NCBI RefSeq assembly: GCF_001598795.1
Contig: NZ_BCZP01000012.1
Location: 1 to 32,000, forward strand
DNA: 32,000 nucleotides
Source of the DNA: Delftia acidovorans NBRC 14950
GTDB lineage: Bacteria; Pseudomonadota; Gammaproteobacteria; Burkholderiales; Burkholderiaceae_C
Reading direction: 5' to 3'
Positions 6,801 through 14,174 of the stretch are shown piece by piece (the stretch's first letter is position 1; each line of letters opens with the position of its first letter). The position numbers and the translations under genes were made by a program. Below the pieces are notes generated by a model. The model saw only the letters and a list, made by a program, of their open reading frames with translations, was not told where the DNA came from and made no database searches.

Positions 6801-9098
6801 GCGCCCTACATCGGCGCACTGCTTCAGATTGGGCAAGGCAAATACGGCTCGGGCGTCGGCATGGCCGCTGGCGCTTACATCGGCTCGATTGTTCCTGTGA
6901 TCGGGACGGCGATTGGCGCACTCATCGGCGGCATTGTGGGTGGTCTGTTTGACGGCGGGGCGCGTGGCCCGAACCACTCCGGCGGCGTGGCGTCCACTGG
7001 GACGACCGACCGGGACCTGGCTGTCAAACAGGTGCTGGGTACTGATGCGTGGGGAAACACCCTCACCGACTTCACGGATCGTGGCAACAAGGACCTCGAC
7101 AAGCAGCTCGACAAGACCGTCAAAGGGATGCTCGATCTGTACAAGTCGCTCGCAAAGATCGGCGGCGTCAAGGCGCGCGATATCGACATAGCGGCTGGCT
7201 TTTCGGTCAATCCGAAATACGGCGACGAAGGGGCCATGGGCTTCTTTCAGCTCCTGGACAAGCAGACCGGGGAGGTGCTCAAGAAGTACAAAAATCGTGA
7301 TCTCGACAAAGACCCGCAGAAAGCGTGGGCGCAGTTTGTTGCAGACATGGGTGGCGAACTCGTCAACGAGATCAAGAAGGGCGACATACCCGGCTGGATG
7401 AAAGAGGAGCTGGATGCAATTGGCGAAAACGTCACCCTGGAAGGGCTCAATGCCGCGATTCAGAAGATCGCGATCATCGACGTGGCATTCAAGGGATGGG
7501 CTGATAGCGTCACTGGCTTTGCCAATCTGACTGCAAAAGCGCAAACAGAACTGCTCAAGTTCGCGGGCGGCATTGAAGCCTTGGCGAGCGGCGTGAATGC
7601 CTTCTACGCCGGCTTTTATTCGGAGCAAGAGCGGGCGCTGATCCTGCAGCGCCAGGTGCGAGACCAGCTCAAAAAGCTGGGCATCGACATCGATCCTGCT
7701 GGGGGCGAGGCAGCGAAGAAGGCTTTCAGGAAGCTCATCGAAGACGCTCTCGCATCCGGCAACAACGAGCTGGCGGCAAAGCTGCTGGCCCTGGCGCAGC
7801 TGTTCGGCGTGGCGGCCGATGCCGCGCAGAAGTCAGCGGACACGGCGGCCGAGGCGGCGAAGACTGCGGGAGATGAGGCAGCCAAGGCTGTCGAGGATGC
7901 GCGCAAGAAGGCCAAGGATGCCGCATACGCGAACTTCGAGGCAGCGATCCAGCGTGAGCAGAAGTACTGGCAGGACGTGGCCAGCGCATCGCAGGAGGCC
8001 ATAAGCAGCCTGTCGAGCGCGCTGAGCACGCTGCGCAGCAATGCGCGCGACCTGTACGGCTCGCTGGATGCCACGCAGCAGATGCTGGCCGCCCAGGGGA
8101 TGGTCTACATCGAGGACGCACTGTCGGGCGTGCGCGGCGGGCGAAAGCTCACCGACTACGCGGGCCTGACCGATGCTATCGGCGCGGCCCGTGGTGGCAT
8201 CAACTCGGGGCGCTACGCGACCCAGTTTGAACGCGACCGCGATGCGTTGGTCCTAGCTGGCCAGCTCAGCGAATTGGCAGACAAGGGCGATGCGCAGCTG
8301 AGTGCAGAGGAGCGGCAGCTCAAGGCCTCGCAGGAGCAGCTTGAGCGCCTGGACAAGACGCTCACGTACTGGCGCGACCAGCTGGCCGACAACAAGGCGC
8401 AGATCGATGCGACGCTGAGCGTCGAGGATGCCGTCAAGGCCCTGCATGCGCTGATACCAGGCTCCAACATCAACGGCGGTGGAACGGGTCAAAAGCCCGG
8501 CTCCAGCGGCGGCGCTGTGTGGGGGCCAGGGGGAGGCGGAAGCACGGCCGCAGATCCGAAGTACGTGCGGCCACGCGCGGACGGCTCTGGCGGCACCTGG
8601 TACGAGGGCATCACGGACCCGGGCCGCGTTGCCGAGCTGGACAAGCTCGCGGGCGGCTATCACAAGTTCGACGGCACAGGTGACGCTGCCGGGCTCAACG
8701 CCTGGATTCGGGAGAACAACCTGAAGCCGCAGGACCTGGCGGACCTCTCCGGCCTCTATGCACGCGACTGGGACAACTGGTTCAAGGCCAACGGTATCCC
8801 CGCCTTCGCGGGTGGCGGCCTGTTTGGCGGAGGCCTGCGTCTGGTCGGCGAGCGCGGTCCAGAGCTGGAAGTGACGGGCCCGGCGCGCTACTGGTCCTCT
8901 GCACAGACGCAGGCGCTGCTCAGTGGCGCGGGCGGCAATTCGCGCCTGGAGTCGTTGGTCGAGCAACTGGTCGCCGAGAACCGGCTGATGCGCGGGCAGA
9001 TCGCGGCGCTGGAGCGCAACACGGCTGGCATGCCGCAAATGGCCGAGCAGTTCGACACCGTGGCGGAGTCGGGCGTCCTGAGAGTGGGAACGGTATGA
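3804..9098 (+). CDS. Tail tape measure protein (1764 aa, lambda-family type)
   Basis: ATG 3804 with a GGGGG RBS (the track start TTG 3789 lies inside the terminator T-run). Long coiled-coil-type Ala/Gln/Lys-rich sequence. Contains the FTDIVVSLQAGQAPLTVLLQQGGQLKDMFGG motif typical of lambda-type TMPs, a Gly-rich hydrophobic block (GGGGAGASGLSGVGGGGSGG...), and a C-terminal VGERGPELEV motif. Confidence 0.9.
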   Translation: MEEQNRKIGFVVSAEDDTKTTFQNIKTGAADMAASVAKSGEQAAKGVKGIGDGADEAAQKMGRAESAMAQALTRATEKAQIAAQAGESLSRAFEQKIEMRGLDVTKLNPLVAKLREAEEALASFKAQQAKDAGQSSFLESLRSQTQALGKTKAELLELQAAQLGVASQAAPYIAKLRETEAGMGRVGNTAAQTAQAMRMVPAQFTDIVVSLQAGQAPLTVLLQQGGQLKDMFGGAGAAARGMAGYVVGLVNPFTVAAAAAATLGVAYYQGSKESDNFRRSLVLSGNQAGTTVDELNAMARAIASTSGTQGAAAAGLADMARYSKVASDQLKDFTAIALQWEKTTGQAVSETAKQFADLAKDPLQASLALNEQMNYLTASIYDQIKALEKQGKTAEAAAVAQKAYADAMKTGADELTQNLGYIERAVQIVTGGAKKMWDAILGVGRQTSPTDQAAKHLEALQQELNTKLAQGPKNEQSRTSWDKGVENLKRQIQQATDFLAFAGAAGKSIAETQAANKEYVDAMEDFDKLAGQFATKDVKRKQELTIAQNTYNKSVEETKRAYANTPELASKLADLETRYKNAVEGINKRYTEKGSGGISISDNQLANLEGQLAAAKQYREQLLTLGVAAADLNVGERESLKLSAQIEKATNAKTRAKLEEAKALADALGVQLRSNDGLEKSMKVQEALIAGNFKAADSITDRAREQEAANAVFGKGRTEIERMTLATLQQQMAEAQGSDSFDPKYIASLEAKIAAQKRYTAALQQADYKQMDDRLTKSLQTSKDELAIQKEGLSLLGADEVQRKKIIAQRRIELELAKELAEIDRTIYSDDKDENDKKRETLRQKAREKAETNTQTSLLRIQEEYVNKQVEQYDEIFRKGFADMLNNGRDGWDSFTKSLTTTFKTTVADQIYKMFLRPFVVQVVASLLGVQGGGGAGASGLSGVGGGGSGGFSIPGLPSMGGSYFNAGMAGGWAGFEGGISMMQAGEWAAGGMQALGAAAPYIGALLQIGQGKYGSGVGMAAGAYIGSIVPVIGTAIGALIGGIVGGLFDGGARGPNHSGGVASTGTTDRDLAVKQVLGTDAWGNTLTDFTDRGNKDLDKQLDKTVKGMLDLYKSLAKIGGVKARDIDIAAGFSVNPKYGDEGAMGFFQLLDKQTGEVLKKYKNRDLDKDPQKAWAQFVADMGGELVNEIKKGDIPGWMKEELDAIGENVTLEGLNAAIQKIAIIDVAFKGWADSVTGFANLTAKAQTELLKFAGGIEALASGVNAFYAGFYSEQERALILQRQVRDQLKKLGIDIDPAGGEAAKKAFRKLIEDALASGNNELAAKLLALAQLFGVAADAAQKSADTAAEAAKTAGDEAAKAVEDARKKAKDAAYANFEAAIQREQKYWQDVASASQEAISSLSSALSTLRSNARDLYGSLDATQQMLAAQGMVYIEDALSGVRGGRKLTDYAGLTDAIGAARGGINSGRYATQFERDRDALVLAGQLSELADKGDAQLSAEERQLKASQEQLERLDKTLTYWRDQLADNKAQIDATLSVEDAVKALHALIPGSNINGGGTGQKPGSSGGAVWGPGGGGSTAADPKYVRPRADGSGGTWYEGITDPGRVAELDKLAGGYHKFDGTGDAAGLNAWIRENNLKPQDLADLSGLYARDWDNWFKANGIPAFAGGGLFGGGLRLVGERGPELEVTGPARYWSSAQTQALLSGAGGNSRLESLVEQLVAENRLMRGQIAALERNTAGMPQMAEQFDTVAESGVLRVGTV

Positions 9099-10027
9099 AC
9101 ATTCTTTTGCCGAAAGCGATCACGCCGGATTCGTTCGGCCCCGCCACGTCGATTCCCGAGCTGGATGCAGCCCGGGGCGAGGTGGCGTGGGTCGGCTCCG
9201 GCAACTACAAGGTGGGCGACCGCCGCGTGTATGAAAGGAAAATCTATCAATGCGTGAAAGATCACACGGGCACCGCGACAACGCCGGACAAGATGCCGGC
9301 CGAGTGGCTCTTCAAGGAGCCAACTAACCGCTGGTGCCCGTTCGATCAATACCTGTTCACGAAGGCCCGCGCTGTTCAGTCGCTGACGTACGAGCTCAAG
9401 GGCGTGTTTGCCGATGGCCTGGCTCTGTATGGGCTGGAGGGCGACTCGCTCAGCATCACCATCACGGCCGGTCCTGGCGGGGCAAACCTGATTCCGCCCA
9501 TCAACGCGGACCTCTGGCAACAGGCATACGGCGAATGGGAATACCTCTTCGGCGATCTGCAGCGCGGCGATCACTACGTGCTCCGGGGCATCCCGCTGCA
9601 CCCCGACCAGCGCATCAAGATCACCGTGCGCCGCACCGCGCCGACGGCCGAGGCTGCAGTCGGCTACATCAGCGTGGGCAACCACAAAACGCTATTGGCC
9701 CCCTCGGGCGGCTTCAGCGCGGTCGAGGATGGCGCCGAGGTCACGACAAAGGACTACGGCTACACCAAAGACAACGCGGACGGCACCTACGAAGACATCG
9801 AGGGCCGCAAGGCCAAGAACATCAGCCTGTCCGTCGTGGTCGCCGCTGACCAGGCACCGCTGATCGATTCGCTGTTGACGCAGATCGCCGGCAAGGTGGT
9901 GGCAGTCGAAGTCTCCAAGCTGGCCAAGTTCTCGCACCTCGCAACCGTGGGCAAGGTCACTGGCACCGTGCGCTCCTCGGGCGGCCCAACTGCCCGCGCA
10001 GAAATCCAAATCAAAGGCAACGTATGA
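9095..10027 (+). CDS. Tail tip / distal tail-like protein with an N-terminal carbohydrate-binding-like motif (310 aa)
   Basis: ATGA overlaps with both the TMP and the fibre gene. The N-terminal NYKVGDRRVYERKIYQCVKDH...PAEW resembles CBM5/12-type aromatic motifs seen in phage tail proteins. Function inferred mainly from position. Confidence 0.45.
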   Translation: MNILLPKAITPDSFGPATSIPELDAARGEVAWVGSGNYKVGDRRVYERKIYQCVKDHTGTATTPDKMPAEWLFKEPTNRWCPFDQYLFTKARAVQSLTYELKGVFADGLALYGLEGDSLSITITAGPGGANLIPPINADLWQQAYGEWEYLFGDLQRGDHYVLRGIPLHPDQRIKITVRRTAPTAEAAVGYISVGNHKTLLAPSGGFSAVEDGAEVTTKDYGYTKDNADGTYEDIEGRKAKNISLSVVVAADQAPLIDSLLTQIAGKVVAVEVSKLAKFSHLATVGKVTGTVRSSGGPTARAEIQIKGNV

Positions 10028-11250
10028 CCGATATCGTCACGATCCCGGACGTGCTGCCGATCTCGCCCTATCCGGCGCTCGGCAGCACCAATTTCAACAA
10101 CGAGGCCTATGCATACGCCACGTCGGTCCCGCCCGCTGTCGCGCGCATGCGCGAGATCGCCGTCGCGTGCCGGACGTGTGCAATTGCGGCGCAGGAGTTC
10201 GCGGTGGCGGCTCAAGGCCATGCCAGCAATGCACTCACCTATGCCAACAATGCAGCCGGCAGTGCCAGCGGAGCGGCCACATCCGCTGGGAGCGCGCTCA
10301 CATCTGCCAATAGTGCCGCGACCAGTGCCAGCGGCGCTGCAGCCAGCTATGCGGCAATGCAGAAGCTGTACCTGGGTGCCAAGACGGCAAACCCCACGAC
10401 GGACAACCAGGGCAATGCGCTGCAGGTTGGCGCGTGGTACACATATATCGGCACGGACCCCGCATACAAAGGCGTGTGGCTCTGGTGGGATGGCACAGCC
10501 TGGAACCCGGGTATTGGGCCAGTGGCGGCCACGCTCATGCCAAAGACTGGAGGCGTCTTCTCGGGCCATGTGTCCGGGCCAAGCGGAGCGACCGGGGCGC
10601 AGCACCCGCAGGCTCAGGAGGTGATGCTGAAGGCTCCAGAGGCCTGGGGAAAAGACAAGCTGATGGGTGATTTGGGCGTCGGCTACGCGCTGATGACCAC
10701 TTCGACGGGTCGAGGCGCGGATTGGCCTGTGGAGGGCTATGACGAGAACTTCCAAGCGTGGGATGTCACGACTACCGGCATCCCTTCCCGGATGGTTCAG
10801 GTTGCCACGCAGGTATTCACGACAAACGTGTATGCCCGCACTCAAGGAAGTACCTGGATGCGGTGCCGACATGACGCCACATGGGGGGCGTGGTCTCGCG
10901 TGATTACAGACACGACTGCGATGGGTAAGCAGATAACGGTCAATCAGCCTGCTGGGACGCCGACTTACACCGTGGACCCCGGTTTGGGTGGTGTGCATGT
11001 CGTAACGATTAACGCGACATGCCAATTCATATTGCCTATCGGTCGACAATATGGCGATGAGGTCACGCTGCACGTTATCAGCGCAGGCGCAATACGCGCA
11101 ATTACGTTTTCCGCCAACGTTAGACTGCCAATTGACGGGACTGGTGCACTTTTGCCGTTTCCTCAGTATCCGGCGGGCGGGATGGTAAGCCTCATTTTTA
11201 CCTGCAATCTCGTCAATCGCTGGGAATGCTTTTATGCGGGGGTGCATTGA
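10024..11250 (+). CDS. Tail fibre protein (408 aa)
   Basis: Ala/Ser heptad-like segment (ASNALTYANNAAGSASGAATSAGSALTSANSAATSASGAAAS) followed by KLYLGAKTANPTTDNQGNALQVGAWY, a pattern typical of phage fibres. The C-terminal third drops to about 50% GC. Confidence 0.75.
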   Translation: MTDIVTIPDVLPISPYPALGSTNFNNEAYAYATSVPPAVARMREIAVACRTCAIAAQEFAVAAQGHASNALTYANNAAGSASGAATSAGSALTSANSAATSASGAAASYAAMQKLYLGAKTANPTTDNQGNALQVGAWYTYIGTDPAYKGVWLWWDGTAWNPGIGPVAATLMPKTGGVFSGHVSGPSGATGAQHPQAQEVMLKAPEAWGKDKLMGDLGVGYALMTTSTGRGADWPVEGYDENFQAWDVTTTGIPSRMVQVATQVFTTNVYARTQGSTWMRCRHDATWGAWSRVITDTTAMGKQITVNQPAGTPTYTVDPGLGGVHVVTINATCQFILPIGRQYGDEVTLHVISAGAIRAITFSANVRLPIDGTGALLPFPQYPAGGMVSLIFTCNLVNRWECFYAGVH

Positions 11251-11957
11251 TGTTTGCACGAAGTATGTTGATGGCTAGCGGGCAGCGGCAGATAAACGTC
11301 ATTATCTCGGCCAATGTCCGCAGCCCAAACATTTCCGCACTTGCTACCGCGCAGGGGTGGCGCGGCACTGAAAACATCACTCTTGTGATCAATGCCGGGG
11401 TGGATGTGGCCACGCTGCAGATATCGGGCATTCCAGACGACCGGCTGCACATCATAAACAACGGTCGTATCGGCGGGGTGCTGAATAGCGGCACTGGCTT
11501 GTACACCCGCATCCGAATCCTCGTCACAAATAACGGCACGATATTCGGCGGCGGGGGCGCGGGTGGTCGAGGCAGCTCCGCAGGCTATTCATACCCTGGG
11601 GGAACAAGCGATACAGCCCAGGGCGGAGTAGGTGGTAATGGCGCAGGATTTACTGCATCTGCAGCGGTATCAATGGTCGCCAGAGACACAAGCCCCGCCC
11701 CCACAAGCGGATCGTATGTCAGCTACTCCGGCGCGATTTTCCCTGGCGACACTCGCCCCTGGGCTCAGGGCGGCTTCGGCGGATCCGGTGGCGCTATTGG
11801 GGTTGCAGGAGCGAATGGCGAAAACGCATCCAGCGGAGGAACTGGTGCGACAGGCTCTGTCCCTGGGAGTCCGCCCGCTGCAGCTGGCTACTACCTCGAC
11901 GGAAACGCATACGTCACATGGCTTGCAACCGGCACGCGCCTCGGCCGCGTTATTTGA
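11250..11957 (+). CDS. Glycine-rich tail-fibre-associated protein (235 aa), putative adhesin
   Basis: ATG 11250 overlaps the fibre stop (TGATG). The N-terminal beta-strand-like repeats (ITLVINAG, LHIINNG, ILVTNNG) are followed by several Gly-rich blocks (GGGGAGGRG, GGVGGNGAG, GGFGGSGGAIGVAGANG). Confidence 0.55.
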   Translation: MFARSMLMASGQRQINVIISANVRSPNISALATAQGWRGTENITLVINAGVDVATLQISGIPDDRLHIINNGRIGGVLNSGTGLYTRIRILVTNNGTIFGGGGAGGRGSSAGYSYPGGTSDTAQGGVGGNGAGFTASAAVSMVARDTSPAPTSGSYVSYSGAIFPGDTRPWAQGGFGGSGGAIGVAGANGENASSGGTGATGSVPGSPPAAAGYYLDGNAYVTWLATGTRLGRVI

Positions 11958-11965
11958 GGATCAAC

Positions 11966-12478
11966 ATGTACATCAACACCGAAACCGGGCAATACCCGCT
12001 GAGCGTTGCTCAGATCCAGGAGCTGCACCCCATGACGATGATGGCCCAGCATCTGGAATGCTATGCCCCAGTGGAGCCCACCGACACGCCCGCATATGAC
12101 GCGGACACGCAAAAGCCGATTGAGGTCGAGCCTGTGGAAATCGACGGCGTTTGGCGGCAGCAGTGGTCCGTCGTGCCGCTCACCGAAGATGAGCTGGCCG
12201 AGCTGCAGCGCCTACGCGATGAGGCTGCGGCCGCGCTGATCCCGAAGTCCTGCACGCGGCGCCAGGGGCAGCTTGCGCTCCTCGCTCATGGCGTGCTGGA
12301 CGATGCAGAGGCGGCCATTGCAGCGATCACTGACCCCGTGCAAAAGCGCGAAGCCCAGATCGAGTACGAGGCGGACACATGGGAGCGTGCAAACCTGTTC
12401 CTGCAGCAACTGTGGGCGCAGCTTGGCGGCACGCCGCAGTCGCTCGATGAGGCCTTCGCACTCGCTGTGACTCTCTGA
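11966..12478 (+). CDS. Tail fibre assembly / chaperone-like protein (DUF4376-like C-terminus)
   Basis: ATG 11966 with a GAGGA RBS (the longer track start at 11918 overlaps the upstream gene). MYINTETGQYPLS... N-terminus and a C-terminal CTRRQGQLALLAHGVLDDAEAAIAAI...EYEADTWERAN pattern recalled from DUF4376 proteins next to fibres. Confidence 0.55.
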   Translation: MYINTETGQYPLSVAQIQELHPMTMMAQHLECYAPVEPTDTPAYDADTQKPIEVEPVEIDGVWRQQWSVVPLTEDELAELQRLRDEAAAALIPKSCTRRQGQLALLAHGVLDDAEAAIAAITDPVQKREAQIEYEADTWERANLFLQQLWAQLGGTPQSLDEAFALAVTL

Positions 12479-12496
12479 TCAGCCCCACTCCACAAC

Positions 12497-12518
12497 AGCC
12501 GCCTTCGGGCGGTTTTTT
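12497..12518 (+). terminator. Rho-independent terminator closing the tail module
   Basis: CCGCC (12499-12503), loop TTCG, GGCGG (12508-12512), then TTTTTT (12513-12518). Lies 19 nt after the stop of the preceding gene. Confidence 0.8.
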
Positions 12519-12537
12519 CATGCCCGGAGGAGGGCCG

Positions 12538-12936
12538 ATGAATCAACTTGAACCAACAGCTGCAGCTGTGGCAATCGCGTCCGTGCTCTTCGGGCCTGCG
12601 ATGGCGGGCTACATCGGGCCGTATGCGGTGATCCTCATTGCATCGACCGTGGGAGCCGCGTGGGCACTGGGCCGGCGCGATCCCAGCTCGCGGCTCGGCG
12701 CCGTGGGCTACTTCGCCCGGCTCAACGCCACGGCCTTGCTCATCACTGCCGGCCTGGCCACGCTTGCCGGGCGCTGGATGGGTATGGATGAGACCAACTG
12801 GATGTTGGCGCCCATTGCGCTCGTCGTGGGTGGCGTGGGCGACGACTGGCCGCGTTTGGGCCGTTGGGTCTTCGAGCGCGCCGGGCGCGTGCTGGAGCGC
12901 AAAGCGGGCGGTGGCGGGGAAGGGGGCACTCCATGA
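12538..12936 (+). CDS. Putative holin (multi-TMD membrane protein, 132 aa)
   Basis: ATG 12538 preceded by GGAGGA (12527-12532). Three or four hydrophobic helices and a charged C-terminal tail. It is the first gene of a cluster ending in endolysin and spanins. Confidence 0.55.
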   Translation: MNQLEPTAAAVAIASVLFGPAMAGYIGPYAVILIASTVGAAWALGRRDPSSRLGAVGYFARLNATALLITAGLATLAGRWMGMDETNWMLAPIALVVGGVGDDWPRLGRWVFERAGRVLERKAGGGGEGGTP

Positions 12937-13232
12937 CATGGCAATCCCATCAACTGCTTGCGATGCTCAACCTCGCGATTTGCACAGGCATCGGCTGGGC
13001 ATGCATCTGCCGGCTCAACTCCCATGTGGCTCGGGCGCACAAGCTGGCCCGCGCCAGGTATGCACTGCTCCTGGCCGGCGCGCTGGCCTCGGGCATGCAG
13101 CCGGCCCTGTGGGGCACATGGACCACTGTGGGCGACACCATCTTCAGCGCCTGCGTGCTCGCGGGCCTGCTCATCAACGTGGCGCGCTGGCACGGCGCTG
13201 GCCACCCCATGCGACGGAGTGACGACCAATGA
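12933..13232 (+). CDS. Second holin-like / antiholin-like 3-TMD membrane protein (99 aa)
   Basis: ATG 12933 overlaps the upstream stop (ATGA). Three predicted TMDs (LLAMLNLAICTGIGWACICRL, YALLLAGALASGMQPALW, IFSACVLAGLLINV) and a basic C-terminus. Its stop overlaps the endolysin ATG. Confidence 0.5.
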   Translation: MTWQSHQLLAMLNLAICTGIGWACICRLNSHVARAHKLARARYALLLAGALASGMQPALWGTWTTVGDTIFSACVLAGLLINVARWHGAGHPMRRSDDQ

Positions 13233-13705
13233 CCTACTTCGATGACTGCTTCGAGAAGCTGATCGGCCACGAGGGCGGCTACGTCAGCAATCCCAAGGAT
13301 CCGGGCGGCGAGACCAAGTTCGGGATCAGCAAGCGCGCATATCCAGGCCTGGACATCAAGGCGCTGACGCTGGCCGAGGCCAAGGCCATCTACCGGCGCG
13401 ACTACTGGGATCGGGCGCGATGCGATGAACTGCCCCATGGCGTGGCCTTCGATGTGTTCGACGGTGCGGTGAACTCTGGCATTGGTCAGGCCATTCGCTG
13501 GCTGCAGCGCGCGGCCGGCGTAGCGGATGACGGCATCGTGGGGCCGCTGACCCTCGCGGCTGTGCGTCGCGCCGACCCGGAGGCTATCCAGGCGCGCTAC
13601 AGCGGCCACCGGCTGGAATTCATGGCGCGCCTTTCGACATGGGACACGTTTGGGCGAGGCTGGGCACGACGCGTCGCAAGCAATTTGCAGGGGGTTGGAT
13701 CATGA
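13229..13705 (+). CDS. Endolysin, glycoside hydrolase family 108 lysozyme with C-terminal PG_binding_3-type domain
   Basis: N-terminal FEKLIGHEGGYVSNPKDPGGETKFGIS is the hallmark GH108 motif. The C-terminal ...AGVADDGIVGPLTLAAV... matches the peptidoglycan-binding module usually fused to it. Confidence 0.9.
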   Translation: MTYFDDCFEKLIGHEGGYVSNPKDPGGETKFGISKRAYPGLDIKALTLAEAKAIYRRDYWDRARCDELPHGVAFDVFDGAVNSGIGQAIRWLQRAAGVADDGIVGPLTLAAVRRADPEAIQARYSGHRLEFMARLSTWDTFGRGWARRVASNLQGVGS

Positions 13706-13809
13706 AATCGACGCTGATGAAGTGGGCCACGACGGCCCTTTTTGTTGCCTGGGAGGCTGGCTTGCGCGCCCGTGGCTGGGCTCGCAGGAAAGGCTGGTGG
13801 CCGCGATGA
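13702..13809 (+). CDS. 35-aa micro-ORF (MKSTLMKWATTALFVAWEAGLRARGWARRKGWWPR), putative membrane-active lysis accessory peptide
   Basis: It exactly fills the gap between the endolysin stop and the i-spanin start, with ATGA overlaps at both ends (13702-13705 and 13806-13809). Hydrophobic N-half and Arg/Trp-rich C-half. Confidence 0.35.
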   Translation: MKSTLMKWATTALFVAWEAGLRARGWARRKGWWPR

Positions 13810-14174
13810 TGAGCCCCACACAGATCATCCTGGCTGCGCTGGCGGCCGGCAACTTGCTTCTGGGCTGGGCCTGGCTGTCCGCCCGCGATGACGTGGCCAC
13901 GGCTACCGCTGAACTGGTGAGCATGACGGGGCAGCGCGACGGCGCGCTCAAGGGCGCGCAGGCCTGCAGCGATGCCACCGAGGCCCTGGGCGCGACCGCC
14001 GCGCAGCGTGCTGCCGAAGCGGGGCCTGCCCGCGCCGTTGCCGCTGGCCAGGCTGCCGCGCTCAATGCCCGCGCCGACTACACCCTGGCCACGGCTCCTG
14101 CCGCCCCCGGCGATAGCTGCGCGAGCCTGCAGACCCTGGGCAGCGACTGGCTCAAGGGGAGGGCCAAGCCATGA
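13806..14174 (+). CDS. i-spanin (Rz-like), 122 aa
   Basis: N-terminal TMD (IILAALAAGNLLLGWAWL) followed by an Ala/Gln-rich helical periplasmic domain with Cys residues. Follows the endolysin, and its stop overlaps the o-spanin ATG. The upstream part of track ORF 13650.. has no TMD and overlaps the endolysin. Confidence 0.7.
   Translation: MMSPTQIILAALAAGNLLLGWAWLSARDDVATATAELVSMTGQRDGALKGAQACSDATEALGATAAQRAAEAGPARAVAAGQAAALNARADYTLATAPAAPGDSCASLQTLGSDWLKGRAKP

Noticed and set aside
10190-10340. Repetitive GCC/AGC/GCG-rich DNA in the fibre gene, considered as a possible repeat array or DGR variable region
   Set aside because: It encodes in-frame Ala/Ser heptad-like fibre shaft repeats. No spacer/repeat organisation, template repeat or reverse transcriptase gene is present in the window.
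12520-12540. Possible dual-start (holin/antiholin) motif MPGGGPM at the first lysis gene
   Set aside because: ATG 12520 lies directly against the terminator T-run and has no RBS. The GGAGGA RBS serves ATG 12538, so a lambda-S-like dual start is not supported.
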